Shown: one piece after another, positions 9,594 through 18,772 of the stretch
How the letters are laid out: the number at the start of each line of letters is the position of its first letter
Position numbering within the stretch: position 1 is the stretch's first letter
Source of the DNA: Flavobacteriales bacterium
GTDB taxonomy: Bacteria; Bacteroidota; Bacteroidia; Flavobacteriales_F; PHOS-HE28
Assembly: GCA_016788285.1 (NCBI GenBank)
Contig: JAEUSW010000076.1
Location: forward strand, 1,134-65,133
Length of the DNA stretch: 64,000 nt
Direction: 5' to 3'
Notes under the pieces: model-generated
Seen by the model: the letters and a program-made list of their open reading frames with translations, nothing else
Databases searched by the model: none
What the model was told of the DNA's origin: nothing
Program-made: the position numbers and the translations under genes

Positions 9594-10984
9594 CACTTGT
9601 TCATCGGATCGGAGGTGGTCCCCGGGCCTTTCGACGAGGAGTTGGACGGGGTGGAGGGATCCATGTACAGGTCCGGGGGGAAGCCGTTCAGCTGGCGCCA
9701 GAGCTCGTACCAGATGGGCACGTCCTGAAGCAGGGCGAAGCCGATGGCGCCGCTGCCCACCCGAAGGGCCTCCGGCCACGCGGTGTCCGCGGTGTCGGGC
9801 CCGACCAGGAGACGGTACTTGCCGTTCGGGCTGATGAAGTTGTCGATGGCGACCACCCGGCCGCCGAAGGTGCCATAGCTCGTGTTGGGCCATCCGCTGA
9901 ACACGATGCTCGGCCATCCGTCGAACATGAACCGCACCTTGTTGCCGGTGCGGATCAGCGGCATGTCCATCGGACGGACGTAGAGCTCCACGGCGAGGTC
10001 GAAGCGGGCCGGCATCAAGGTCACCAAGGGTTCCCCCTCCTTCACCGTTTCCCCGAGGCCCTGGCGCACGGCCTTGGTGATGTAGGCCCGCTGGGGGGCG
10101 GTGATGTAGTAGAAGCCGGAGCGCACGCTGTAGTTGGCGAAGTCGTTCTGGAGCTTCGTCACTTCGCCCTCGGTGGTGTACATCTGGCTGAGGCTGGCGT
10201 ACTTCTCACTTTCCGCCTTGCTCAGCTTGTCCCGGTAGTCCTGGCGGATCCCGTTGAGGTCGAGCTGGGCGTTGAGCAGTTCGTTGCGGCTGTCGAGCAG
10301 TTTGTTCTCGGCATCGATCATGGTGGCATTGGCCCGCTGTTCGTTCACGCGGCGGCGCTCCAGCTCCACCATGCTCACCAGGCCTTCCTTGAACTGCTCC
10401 TCACCGCGGAGCAGCTGGTCCTTCGCCACCTTGATCTCGGTGCGCGCCGCCACCACCCTGATGCTGTCGCTCTGCACCTGCAGCACCGCCTGCTTGATCT
10501 TGTTGCGGGCCTGCTCCAGCTTGATGGTGAGCGCGCCGCTCAGGGCGTCGATCTGGGCGTCGAGGCTGTTCACCTTCTCGGCGTAGCTGCGGGCCGTGGC
10601 CTCCTTGGCGATGATCTGTTCCTGGGTGCGGTCCAGCAGCTTGGGGTCCATGTACTCGGGCTTCACCTCGCTGAGCCGCAGGATGGTGTCACCCTGTTCC
10701 ACGAGCTGGCCTTCCTGCACGTACCATTGCTCGATGCGTCCGGCGATGATGCTCGGGATGGTCTGCGGACGTTGTTGGGGCGCCAGACTGGTGACCACGC
10801 CGCGGGCGCGGATGTTCTGGGTCCATGGCAGGAACAGGCCGGTGATGAAGAGAACGAGCGCGAGCGCGGTGAGCCGGCCGAAGAACCTGCCGGCGCGTGC
10901 GGGCAGCACCTTGCGGAACGACTCGAAGCTGGTCCGGTCCAGCTCAGGCGTGGCACACTCGGGGGCGGGAGAGATGTTCAGCAT
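9593..10984 (-). CDS. HlyD family secretion / membrane-fusion protein
   Basis: N-terminal TM anchor (LTALALVLFITGLFLPW). Long coiled-coil region (EQARNKIKQAVLQVQSD...ERRRVNEQRANATMIDAENKLL). C-terminal beta-barrel/lipoyl-like motif (GRVVAIDNFISPNGKYRLLV), typical of HlyD/EmrA-type MFPs. Confidence 0.85.
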   Translation of the reverse strand: MLNISPAPECATPELDRTSFESFRKVLPARAGRFFGRLTALALVLFITGLFLPWTQNIRARGVVTSLAPQQRPQTIPSIIAGRIEQWYVQEGQLVEQGDTILRLSEVKPEYMDPKLLDRTQEQIIAKEATARSYAEKVNSLDAQIDALSGALTIKLEQARNKIKQAVLQVQSDSIRVVAARTEIKVAKDQLLRGEEQFKEGLVSMVELERRRVNEQRANATMIDAENKLLDSRNELLNAQLDLNGIRQDYRDKLSKAESEKYASLSQMYTTEGEVTKLQNDFANYSVRSGFYYITAPQRAYITKAVRQGLGETVKEGEPLVTLMPARFDLAVELYVRPMDMPLIRTGNKVRFMFDGWPSIVFSGWPNTSYGTFGGRVVAIDNFISPNGKYRLLVGPDTADTAWPEALRVGSGAIGFALLQDVPIWYELWRQLNGFPPDLYMDPSTPSNSSSKGPGTTSDPMNK

Positions 10985-10995
10985 CGCGGATGTGC

Positions 10996-12675
10996 TCAGG
11001 CGTGGCCGAGTTCGTGGAGCCTTCCGCCGTCCAGGTGGACATGTCGCTCGCAGCGGGCCTGCACGGCGGGGTCGTTGCTCACGAGCACGAGCGTCCAGGG
11101 GGCTTCCCGCGCGGTGAGCTCGTGGAGCAGCGCATCCCGATCGGCCGTATCGAACATGGCCAGGTCGTCCTCGATCAGCAGCAGCTTCGGCCGCGCGGCC
11201 AGGCAGCGCGCAAGGATGACCCGTTTGACGAGCGAGCGCGGCAGGCGTGTCCCGTTGGGGTCCAGCGGGGTCATCAGGCCCAGCGGAAGGCGGGCGATCT
11301 GAGCGGCGAGGCCGGTGCGTTCCGAGGCGATGCGCACATCCTCGGTGGTGACCCAAGGTCGCCCCATGGTGATGTTGTCCTGGATGGTCCCGCTGAAGAT
11401 CTCGTCCTGGTTCAGGCTGTCGCCCATCATGCTGCGCGCGTGGTCGAGGTCGAGGCTGCCCAGGGGATGACCATCGAGCACGACCGTGCCGGAGGTCGGT
11501 CCGACCAGGCCCCCGATCATCTGCAACAGGGTGGTCTTTCCGCTGCCATTGGGCCCGCTGAGGCAGACCTTCTGGCCCGCGGCGATGGTGAGGTCCACAC
11601 CGCCGATCACGTCCTGGCCGGTCCAGGGCGACCGGAACGTCACACCGTGGAAGGCGACCTCCATCCCGGCCGCGCCATCGGCCGATGCGGGGATGTGCAC
11701 CTGTCCTCCCTGTTCGAGCGGCAGGTCGGTCACGTTCCCGATCTTCTCCAGGGCGGTGAGGACGTCATAGATCGCTTCGATGCTGATGGTGAGCTTCTCC
11801 ACCGCGGCCATCACCAGCAGGATGATGATCTCCGCGGCGACGAACTGGCCGAGGTTCATCTGTTCGCCCATCACCAGAAGCCCGCCGAGGATCAGCAGGC
11901 TCACGGTGATGATGACCTTGAAGAAGACCATGGCCCCGTACTGCTGCAACAGGACCCTGAAATGGCCGTTGCGCGCAAGGATGTACTTCGACGTGATCTG
12001 GTCGGTGCGGTCCAGGGCCAGGCGGGTCCGTCCCGCCAGCTTGAAGGTGTTCATGTTCCGGCCGAGCTCCTCGAGCCAGAAGGCCACCTCATACTTGTAC
12101 TTGGACTCCTCCAGGCTGGTGCGCAGGCCGCGCATGCCGGTCCACCTGAAGATGGCATAGAGGAGCGCGACGAGGAAGAGACCGAAGGCGATGAAGAAGG
12201 GATGGTAGAACGACAGCAGCACCAGGCTGAGGATGATCTGCAGCGACGCCACGGGCACGTCGATCAGCACCTTGGTGAGGCCCTTCTGGATGGTGAGGGT
12301 GTCGAAGAACCGGTTGACGAGCTCGGGCAGATACCGCCCCTGCACCGCCTCGGAGCGCAGGCGGGGCAGCCGGTAGGCGAAGTCGAAGGCGCTCCGGGCG
12401 AACAGGCGCTGCTTGATCGTCTCGCCGATGGTCAGCTGCAGGATCTGCATCACACCGGCGAAGGCCACGCCGATGGTGACGAACGCGATGAGCACGCCCC
12501 AGCTGGTGGCGATCTGCCCCCCGCTGATCAGGTTGATGATGGCCTGTATGCCCAGCGGCAGGGTGAGGTTGATGGCCCCGCTGACCAGCGCGTAGAGGTA
12601 GATGTAGCCCAGCTCGCGCCGGTCCATGCTCAGGAGGCGCACCAGCCGCTGGAACGGGGTGATCACAGTGCTCAT
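10996..12675 (-). CDS. ABC transporter, fused permease/ATP-binding protein (type I secretion / peptide-exporter-like, no C39 domain)
   Basis: Six predicted TM helices followed by Walker A (GPNGSGKTT), an ABC signature-like LSGG-equivalent region, and Walker B (LLLIEDD). Confidence 0.85.
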   Translation of the reverse strand: MSTVITPFQRLVRLLSMDRRELGYIYLYALVSGAINLTLPLGIQAIINLISGGQIATSWGVLIAFVTIGVAFAGVMQILQLTIGETIKQRLFARSAFDFAYRLPRLRSEAVQGRYLPELVNRFFDTLTIQKGLTKVLIDVPVASLQIILSLVLLSFYHPFFIAFGLFLVALLYAIFRWTGMRGLRTSLEESKYKYEVAFWLEELGRNMNTFKLAGRTRLALDRTDQITSKYILARNGHFRVLLQQYGAMVFFKVIITVSLLILGGLLVMGEQMNLGQFVAAEIIILLVMAAVEKLTISIEAIYDVLTALEKIGNVTDLPLEQGGQVHIPASADGAAGMEVAFHGVTFRSPWTGQDVIGGVDLTIAAGQKVCLSGPNGSGKTTLLQMIGGLVGPTSGTVVLDGHPLGSLDLDHARSMMGDSLNQDEIFSGTIQDNITMGRPWVTTEDVRIASERTGLAAQIARLPLGLMTPLDPNGTRLPRSLVKRVILARCLAARPKLLLIEDDLAMFDTADRDALLHELTAREAPWTLVLVSNDPAVQARCERHVHLDGGRLHELGHA

Positions 12676-13355
12676 GAGCGGGGGCGGTGTGTGATGGACG
12701 ACTGGGCGAGGTGGACGAGGAAGTCGGCCGTCCGGTCCTTCCGACCGAACCCGGAGAGGCCGGGGATGTGCTCATGGAAGAAATGCTGGTCCAGCGAGCC
12801 CTCGGCGAGGGTGCAGGCCAGGGCGGCCGGGAAAGGATGGTCGCGCCGCACGAGCACGATCAGCTCGCGGAGCCGGTCACAGAGCCGGCCGAACGAGCTG
12901 AAGTGACCGTCGCGCCCGCGGGCATCGACCTCCTTCACCAGGTAGGCCTTCGGGCTTTCGGCCTTGGCGATGCGGTACAGCGCACGAAGGTCGACATGGC
13001 TGAAGGCCCCGCGCTCCTCCACCGGTTCGGCCAGGGACCGGATGGCACGCTCCAGGAGCTGCTTCGGGTCCGGGATGTTGGCCGTGTCGAACACGAGCTT
13101 GTACTCCCGCCAGCTCCAATACCATCCGATGAGGTAGACCAGGAGAAGGTGCTTGTTCTCGAAGTAGCGGTAGATGGAGCTCTCGGCCGTACCCAGCGCC
13201 TGGGCCAGCTTGGCGAAGGTGAAGCGCTCGAACCCGAGCTCATCGATCAGGGCGATCGAGCGCTCGATGATGCGCCGGCCGAGATCGGTGGTCGACGGGT
13301 CCTTGAGGAACACCCGTTCCTGGACGTGCATGTCGAGCTGGGCAAGTCGTTGCAT
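12672..13355 (-). CDS. TetR/AcrR family transcriptional regulator
   Basis: N-terminal HTH (RIIERSIALIDELGFERFTFAKLAQALGTAESSIYRYFENKHLL). Its stop overlaps the ABC start (ATGA). The start was chosen at the MQRLAQL ATG. Confidence 0.75.
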   Translation of the reverse strand: MQRLAQLDMHVQERVFLKDPSTTDLGRRIIERSIALIDELGFERFTFAKLAQALGTAESSIYRYFENKHLLLVYLIGWYWSWREYKLVFDTANIPDPKQLLERAIRSLAEPVEERGAFSHVDLRALYRIAKAESPKAYLVKEVDARGRDGHFSSFGRLCDRLRELIVLVRRDHPFPAALACTLAEGSLDQHFFHEHIPGLSGFGRKDRTADFLVHLAQSSITHRPRS

Positions 13356-13374
13356 CGGGGTGCGATGTGGACGA

Positions 13375-13447
13375 TGGACTATCAACAGACGTGCCAAAGC
13401 TATTGTTCATGACATAAATACAAGTGAATATGATAGTAATACTATCA
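13375..13447. promoter_or_regulatory. AT-rich divergent promoter region carrying the palindrome TGATAGTAATACTATCA (13431-13447) plus an extra ACTATCA half-site; candidate TetR operator
   Basis: Seen in sequence: a perfect 8-bp inverted repeat around a central A, immediately upstream of the TetR start, in a locally AT-rich stretch within a 67% GC genome. Confidence 0.4.
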
Positions 13448-14578
13448 ATCAAGGGGGCTGTACGACACGCGGTAGATCCGATCGGCGGCATCATCGCTGA
13501 TGAGCACGCTCCCATCGGGGGCCTCCAGCACGTCCACCGGCCGGCCCCAGGCGCTGCTGCCGGCCAGCCAGCCGTCGGCGAAGACCTCCGTGCGGGCGGT
13601 GCCGTCGGGCCGGGGAAAGGCGGCCACCACCCTGTAACCCACCGGGGTGCTGCGGTTCCAGCTGCCATGCTCGGCGATGAGGATCGCGCCCCGGTACTTC
13701 GCCGGGAAGGCGGTACCCGCCAGGAAGCACATGCCCAACGGGGCGACATGGGCGCCAAGGCGCGCGGCGGGCGGTGTGAAGCTGCTGCAGGGCCGCTGGT
13801 CGCCGAACTCCGGATCGGGGACCTCGCCGGCATGGCAGTAGGGATAGCCGAAGTGCAAGCCTCGGGCGTCCGACCGGTCCAGTTCGCAATCCGGGGCATC
13901 ATCGCCCATCCAGTCGCGCCCGTTATCGGTGAACCAGAGCTCCCCGGTCCCGGGCCGCCAGTCGAACCCCACGGAATTGCGCACACCATGGGCTTCGATG
14001 CGCAGGTCCCTGCCGTCCGCCGTCATGCTGGTGATCGTGGCGAACAGGCTGTCGTCGCTGAGGCAGTTGTTGCATGGAGCGCCCACGGGCACGTAAAGCC
14101 GGTCATCCGGGCCGAAGGCGATGAACTTCCAACCGTGGTGGTCCTCGGCGGGGAACCTCTGCGGCAGCACCACCGGGTCCGGTGGGTCTTCCAGGCGGTC
14201 CTCGATGGAGTCGTACCGTAGGATCCGGTCCACGGCCGACACGTACAGCGCACCCTGCCGGAAGGCCACGCCCGCCGGCATCCGCAGGTCCCTGGCGATG
14301 ATCCGATGGATGTCGGCATGTCCGTCCCGGTCCGTGTCCGTGAGCGCATGCACGACACCTTCGGCCCGGCTTCCCACGAACAGGGTGCCCCGATCCCCCC
14401 AGCACATGGCCCGTGCGTTGGTCACGCCTTCGGCGAACACATCGATCCGGAAGCCCTCGGGCAGCTTGATGCGGGCAAGTTCGGGCGGACCGGAGCGGAT
14501 GGACGGCACGCAGATGCCTCCCAGGAGCAGCCATCCGGAGCAGACGACGAGGAGCGTCCCGGTGCCGCGTCGGATCAT
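13445..14578 (-). CDS. PQQ-dependent sugar dehydrogenase (soluble aldose/sorbosone dehydrogenase, YliI-like)
   Basis: Signal peptide; GSDH-family motifs (LPEGFRIDVFAEGV, PAGVAFRQGALYVS, GWKFIAFGPDDRLYVPVG, ELWFTDNGRD). Confidence 0.8.
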   Translation of the reverse strand: MIRRGTGTLLVVCSGWLLLGGICVPSIRSGPPELARIKLPEGFRIDVFAEGVTNARAMCWGDRGTLFVGSRAEGVVHALTDTDRDGHADIHRIIARDLRMPAGVAFRQGALYVSAVDRILRYDSIEDRLEDPPDPVVLPQRFPAEDHHGWKFIAFGPDDRLYVPVGAPCNNCLSDDSLFATITSMTADGRDLRIEAHGVRNSVGFDWRPGTGELWFTDNGRDWMGDDAPDCELDRSDARGLHFGYPYCHAGEVPDPEFGDQRPCSSFTPPAARLGAHVAPLGMCFLAGTAFPAKYRGAILIAEHGSWNRSTPVGYRVVAAFPRPDGTARTEVFADGWLAGSSAWGRPVDVLEAPDGSVLISDDAADRIYRVSYSPLD

Positions 14579-15024
14579 GCCGTGGCGGTTGACGGTACGA
14601 TGAGCAGGGGGGTGCGCGTGCCGCCCAGGACCTGCTGGCAGACGCTGCCCACGAAGAACCGATGCAGGGCCCCGTGTCCATGGGAGCCCAGGACGATGAG
14701 GTCGGCATGAAGCCGTGCGGCCTGGTCCAGGATGGTGGCCACGGTGGGGCCTTGAACGAGCAGTGCACGCGCGTCGACACCTTGGGAGGAGCGCTCCAAG
14801 GCGAGCTGCTGCAGTTCCTGATGCTCGTCGCGCAGTTCGTGCGCGCGCTGATCACGGATGTGCTGTGGGCCGGGCTCGAAGCCGACCAGGTCCGGATCCG
14901 GAGCGGCCACATGAACGATCCACAAGGTGGCCTGGCGAACGAGGGCCAGGTCACCGGCCAAGCGCAGGACCTCGTGCGTGATGGGGGACAGGTCGATGGC
15001 GGCGAGGATGTTCTTCATGTGCAT
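14575..15024 (-). CDS. Universal stress protein (UspA family)
   Basis: USP fold motifs (KNILAAIDLS...; LIVLGSHGHGALHRFFVGSVCQQV). ATGA overlap with the downstream gene. Confidence 0.75.
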   Translation of the reverse strand: MHMKNILAAIDLSPITHEVLRLAGDLALVRQATLWIVHVAAPDPDLVGFEPGPQHIRDQRAHELRDEHQELQQLALERSSQGVDARALLVQGPTVATILDQAARLHADLIVLGSHGHGALHRFFVGSVCQQVLGGTRTPLLIVPSTATA

Positions 15025-15061
15025 ATCCGAAGGTAAGCGGTGGACGGGGAAGGCCGGAATG

Positions 15062-15093
15062 ACGAAGGGCGGCCGGTCGGCCGCCCTTCGTCA
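15062..15093 (-). terminator. Stem-loop downstream of the basic-protein gene (gacgaagggcggcc-ggtc-ggccgcccttcgtc)
   Basis: Perfect 14-bp inverted repeat with a 4-nt loop just after the stop at 15108. No U-tract. Confidence 0.4.
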
Positions 15094-15107
15094 TCGGAAC
15101 ACCCGGA

Positions 15108-15653
15108 TCAACGTTCGATGACGAGCTTGTCCAGGTGCGAAGGACGGAGCTTGCCGGTGCTCTTGAAGAACCAGTCCTTCAGGCCGTAGTGGTAGCCGCG
15201 CTGAAGTCCGGTGCGGTAGGTGCCCAGAAGGCCGCGCCGTCCGCTGAGCTTTTGAAGCGCGCGCGTCAGCTTGGCCTCGGTCTCTTCCGCGGTGGTCTTC
15301 GGTTCGTTCTTGGCGGCCCACTTCTTCACCACGTCGTACAACTGCTGTTTGGTCATCATGCGGTTGTTGTTGGTCACGGCCGTCATGATGGCGGTATCCC
15401 ATCCACTGAGCCGATAACCACCGCCCGTGATGGTCCGCTTCTTCCGACGGCCCGGTTTGCGCTTGCTGCCGGCGGCCGTTTTACGGGTGGACTTCTTGTT
15501 CTCTTCAGGGACCGGTTTCCCTGCGCGAAGGGCCCGGAGTTCGCGAAGGGCCTTCTTCACACCTTCCAGCTGGTAGGCCAGACGTCGGCGTTCACCGCGG
15601 TAATGTTGGAGCAGTTGATGGATGTCCTTTTCAGAGAAACGCTTGGTTGCCAT
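15108..15653 (-). CDS. Hypothetical highly basic (Lys/Arg-rich) protein, possible histone-H1-like / nucleoid-associated DNA-binding protein
   Basis: Central KRKPGRRKKR stretch, a coiled N-terminus, and a C-terminal region resembling a winged-helix. No secure family assignment. Confidence 0.5.
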   Translation of the reverse strand: MATKRFSEKDIHQLLQHYRGERRRLAYQLEGVKKALRELRALRAGKPVPEENKKSTRKTAAGSKRKPGRRKKRTITGGGYRLSGWDTAIMTAVTNNNRMMTKQQLYDVVKKWAAKNEPKTTAEETEAKLTRALQKLSGRRGLLGTYRTGLQRGYHYGLKDWFFKSTGKLRPSHLDKLVIER

Positions 15654-15758
15654 TCCTTTCGTGTTTAAGTGAGGCGTAATGGAGCAGAAAACAGGGCGAA
15701 CTTAAGGCGTTCTTCGGCAAACCTCCCTGGGAAATGTTCCTGCGAAAACGGACGTCGG

Positions 15759-16814
15759 TCAATGGAGCCGTATGCCGGGAGGGCCCTGCGCGAGGATCCC
15801 GATCCGCTTGGCCGTGGTCCCGGTGCGCTCGATCATGCGCTGCACGTGCTCCGCGGCGCCCGGATCGATGGCGATGAGCAGACCACCGTTCGTCTGGGGG
15901 TCGGCAGCGAGGATCATGCGTTCCATGGTGCTCGCGCCTTGAACATGGGCGTGCACGGATCTCCAGTTGCGCATGCCGCCGTCGGCGTAGACACCCTTGG
16001 CCACAAGACCGGCCGCACCTTCGAGGATGGGGATGGCGTCCCAGTCGAGGTCGGTGGAACAACCCGAGCCTGCGCACATCTCCCACAGGTGTCCCACCAG
16101 ACCGAAGCCGGTCACATCCGTCATGGCGTGCACGGCGTCGACGGGGCCCAGGATGCTGCCGACCCGGTTCAACGCGGTGAGCTGCGCATGGAGCGCCTGG
16201 AGGAGCGCATGGTCCAGCTGGCCGCGTTTCAGGGCGGTGGCCATCACGCCGGTACCGAGCGGTTTGGTGAGGAGGAGCACATCGCCGGCCCGGGCGGTAT
16301 CGTTGCGTTTCACATGCGCGCGCCGCACCGAGCCGGTGACGGACAGGCCGAAGAACGGTTCGGGCGCATCGATGCTGTGGCCGCCGGCAAGGGCGATCCC
16401 CGCGTCGTGGCAGGCCTCACGACCGCCCTCGATCACTTCGGCGGCCAGTTCGGGCGGCAGCTTGTCGGCCGGCCAGCCCAGGACGGCGATGGCGAAGAGG
16501 GGCGATCCGCCCATCGCATACACGTCGCTCAGGGCGTTCGCCGCGGCGATCCGGCCGAACAGCCGTGCGTCATCGACGATGGGCGTGAAGAAGTCCACGG
16601 TGCTGATCAGGGCCTGATCGCCGTCCAGATCGTAGATGGCCGCGTCATCCTTGGTGGCCGGTCCCACGAGCAACCGGGGATCGACGGCATGGAGGCGCTC
16701 GCTGCGAAGGATGCGATCGAGGAGGTCGGGCGCGAGTTTGCAACCGCAGCCGGAGCCGCGGCTGAACTGCGTGAGCGGGAACGGGTTCTCAGGATCGGTG
16801 TTCGGCGCGGACAT
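15759..16814 (-). CDS. selD: Selenide, water dikinase (selenophosphate synthetase), Cys-type
   Basis: N-terminal SRGSGCGCK motif (the SelD catalytic GCGCK loop with Cys, not Sec). AIR-synthase-like fold motifs (DVYAMGG, GGHSID). The start was taken at MSAPNTDPENPF. Confidence 0.85.
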   Translation of the reverse strand: MSAPNTDPENPFPLTQFSRGSGCGCKLAPDLLDRILRSERLHAVDPRLLVGPATKDDAAIYDLDGDQALISTVDFFTPIVDDARLFGRIAAANALSDVYAMGGSPLFAIAVLGWPADKLPPELAAEVIEGGREACHDAGIALAGGHSIDAPEPFFGLSVTGSVRRAHVKRNDTARAGDVLLLTKPLGTGVMATALKRGQLDHALLQALHAQLTALNRVGSILGPVDAVHAMTDVTGFGLVGHLWEMCAGSGCSTDLDWDAIPILEGAAGLVAKGVYADGGMRNWRSVHAHVQGASTMERMILAADPQTNGGLLIAIDPGAAEHVQRMIERTGTTAKRIGILAQGPPGIRLH

Positions 16815-17826
16815 GGTCGGCGAGTCGTTGGGCCAGGCCGCGAAGATCGGTGGCCCGGCCCGGGACGGTCCGGACACGCGCCGGATCCCTTCCACCGGCG
16901 CCCCTCAGATAGGCTTTGTCGTAGTACTTCAGGGTGATCCGCGCCACCTCGGCGAGGTCTCCGCGGTCCAAGGCCTCCAGCGCTGCCTTGCAGTGCTGGG
17001 GGCCCAATCGCTTCTCGATCCGGCGAACGGGCTCCCGGAGCTCCTCCACCGGGGTGGCGCCGTAGTCCGTCACCAACCGTTCCACCCTGTCCTCGACCGG
17101 CATGTCCACGAAGAACAGGTCGCTGCTGCGCAGGCGCGCATGGAACACGTCCGGTATGCGCACCCGCCCGATCATCAGGCTTTCGTCCTCGACCCAGACG
17201 GGCCGGTCCGGGTCCAAGGCACCCAACTTCAGCCACAGCAAATTTTCGAAGTGCTCGGTGCTGGGCTGCGGGCCCTGCCCCAGCCCACCGAAGGCCGAAC
17301 CCTTGTGCCGCGCGAGCCCCTCGAGGTCCACCACCTGCTCGCCCAGGTCCTTCAGCAGCGCCAGGAGGTCCGTTTTTCCACTGCCCGTGTAGCCGCCCAG
17401 TACGCGAAGGTCCCACGGATGCGCGAAGCGCGCGGCCGCGTGCCGTCGGAAGGCCTTGTATCCGCCCCGCATGGTGCGCACGTCGGCGAAGCCGGCCTTG
17501 TCGAGGAGCCAGGCCACGCTGCCGCTGCGTTCTCCGCCGCGCCAGCAATGCACGGCGATCCGACCATCGGGTGCGACCGAACGCGCGTGCTCCACGAGGT
17601 CGGCCAGCCGCGGCCCCACCACGCGAAGACCGACCAGGACGGCCGCATCACGCCCTCGTTGCTTGTAGCAGGTGCCGACCTCGCTTCGTTCCGCATCCGA
17701 GAACAGCGGGATGTTGATGCTGCCCGGGATATGACCGTGCGCGTGCTCCGCGGGGGAGCGCACATCGATCAGCGGAACCCGGTCCGGTTGCTCCAGCAGG
17801 TCAGCGGGTGGCAGGGAGCGGATCAT
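16789..17826 (-). CDS. mnmH: tRNA 2-selenouridine synthase (rhodanese domain + P-loop)
   Basis: Rhodanese active-site region (VHCWRGGERSGSVAWLL) followed by a P-loop (GYTGSGKTDLL). Overlaps selD by 26 bp. Confidence 0.85.
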   Translation of the reverse strand: MIRSLPPADLLEQPDRVPLIDVRSPAEHAHGHIPGSINIPLFSDAERSEVGTCYKQRGRDAAVLVGLRVVGPRLADLVEHARSVAPDGRIAVHCWRGGERSGSVAWLLDKAGFADVRTMRGGYKAFRRHAAARFAHPWDLRVLGGYTGSGKTDLLALLKDLGEQVVDLEGLARHKGSAFGGLGQGPQPSTEHFENLLWLKLGALDPDRPVWVEDESLMIGRVRIPDVFHARLRSSDLFFVDMPVEDRVERLVTDYGATPVEELREPVRRIEKRLGPQHCKAALEALDRGDLAEVARITLKYYDKAYLRGAGGRDPARVRTVPGRATDLRGLAQRLADHVRAEHRS

Positions 17827-18694
17827 GGTCGAAGGTATTCTCCGGCGTCGCCGGGCCGACGACCTCCTCGAGGATAACGGCCAGCGCGGCCTGACCCCGG
17901 TCGTTGAGGTGGATCCGGTCCGTGTACATCGTGCTGTCCATCCGGTCGATCGTGGTCACGACGGGAACGTTCCACGCCGAGAGGGAGTCCAGGATGCGTG
18001 CGCCACGGCCGTCGTAACGGCCCATGGCCAGTTCGCCCAGCTCGGGATGAAGGACCACGGTGAAGGGCAGCCCACGGACGACCGCGGTGTCCCGCAGGCT
18101 GCGCCAGCCGTCGGCGAACCTGCGATCGCGCAATGGTCTTCGATCGTTCAGGCGATGCGTCCACCTGTGCAGCTCGGCCGAGAGGGCGAAGCGCGGGCGC
18201 TCGGCCGGATAGGAGGGGTGATGGCCGACCACGGGCTCGAAGGTCATCCTGTCATAAGCGTCGTGGCTGCTGAGAACGATGACCACGGCGTCCGCCTGCA
18301 GGAGGCCATGGGCCCGGATCCACGCCATCGCGTTCTCGGTGCCCCAGCTGCCTGCGCTGAGGTTGATCACCTCCACCCCCGTTCGCCGTGCGGCGCGCTC
18401 CGTGGCCAGGCTGTCCTGTGTGGTCTGCTGTCCCCCGTTGATCACCGAATCGCCGATGATGAGCACACGACGGCCGCGCTTGGGGCCGATCGGCGGAGAC
18501 CGAAGCCCGAGGGTATTGGTCACGTAGTGGACCCGACCATACCGCACATCCTGATCGGGGCGCATCAGGTACTCATACCGTGGATCGGCCTCGAACAGCG
18601 GATGTTCCCGCCGTCCCAGTCCCCGGAGCACAAGCTCCGCGGAGACCAGGCCGGCCAGGAGCCCGATCGTCAGGAGCACCCAGGCCCGGCGCAT
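17801..18694 (-). CDS. SGNH/GDSL hydrolase family protein
   Basis: N-terminal TM/signal segment. GDS motif (VLIIGDSVINGG) and a conserved DRIHLND block near the C-terminus. Confidence 0.6.
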   Translation of the reverse strand: MRRAWVLLTIGLLAGLVSAELVLRGLGRREHPLFEADPRYEYLMRPDQDVRYGRVHYVTNTLGLRSPPIGPKRGRRVLIIGDSVINGGQQTTQDSLATERAARRTGVEVINLSAGSWGTENAMAWIRAHGLLQADAVVIVLSSHDAYDRMTFEPVVGHHPSYPAERPRFALSAELHRWTHRLNDRRPLRDRRFADGWRSLRDTAVVRGLPFTVVLHPELGELAMGRYDGRGARILDSLSAWNVPVVTTIDRMDSTMYTDRIHLNDRGQAALAVILEEVVGPATPENTFDHDPLPATR

Positions 18695-18772
18695 GCGCCG
18701 AAGATCGCACCGTCCGGCCCGAAATGGGGAAGGCGGGCAAAAGCCCGCCTTCCGTTCGCGATCCGGCAGCGG

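Noticed and set aside
15669-16937. 422-aa + strand ORF across selD
   Set aside because: It is antisense to selD, whose GCGCK and AIR-synthase motifs are unambiguous. The product has no signal or motifs.
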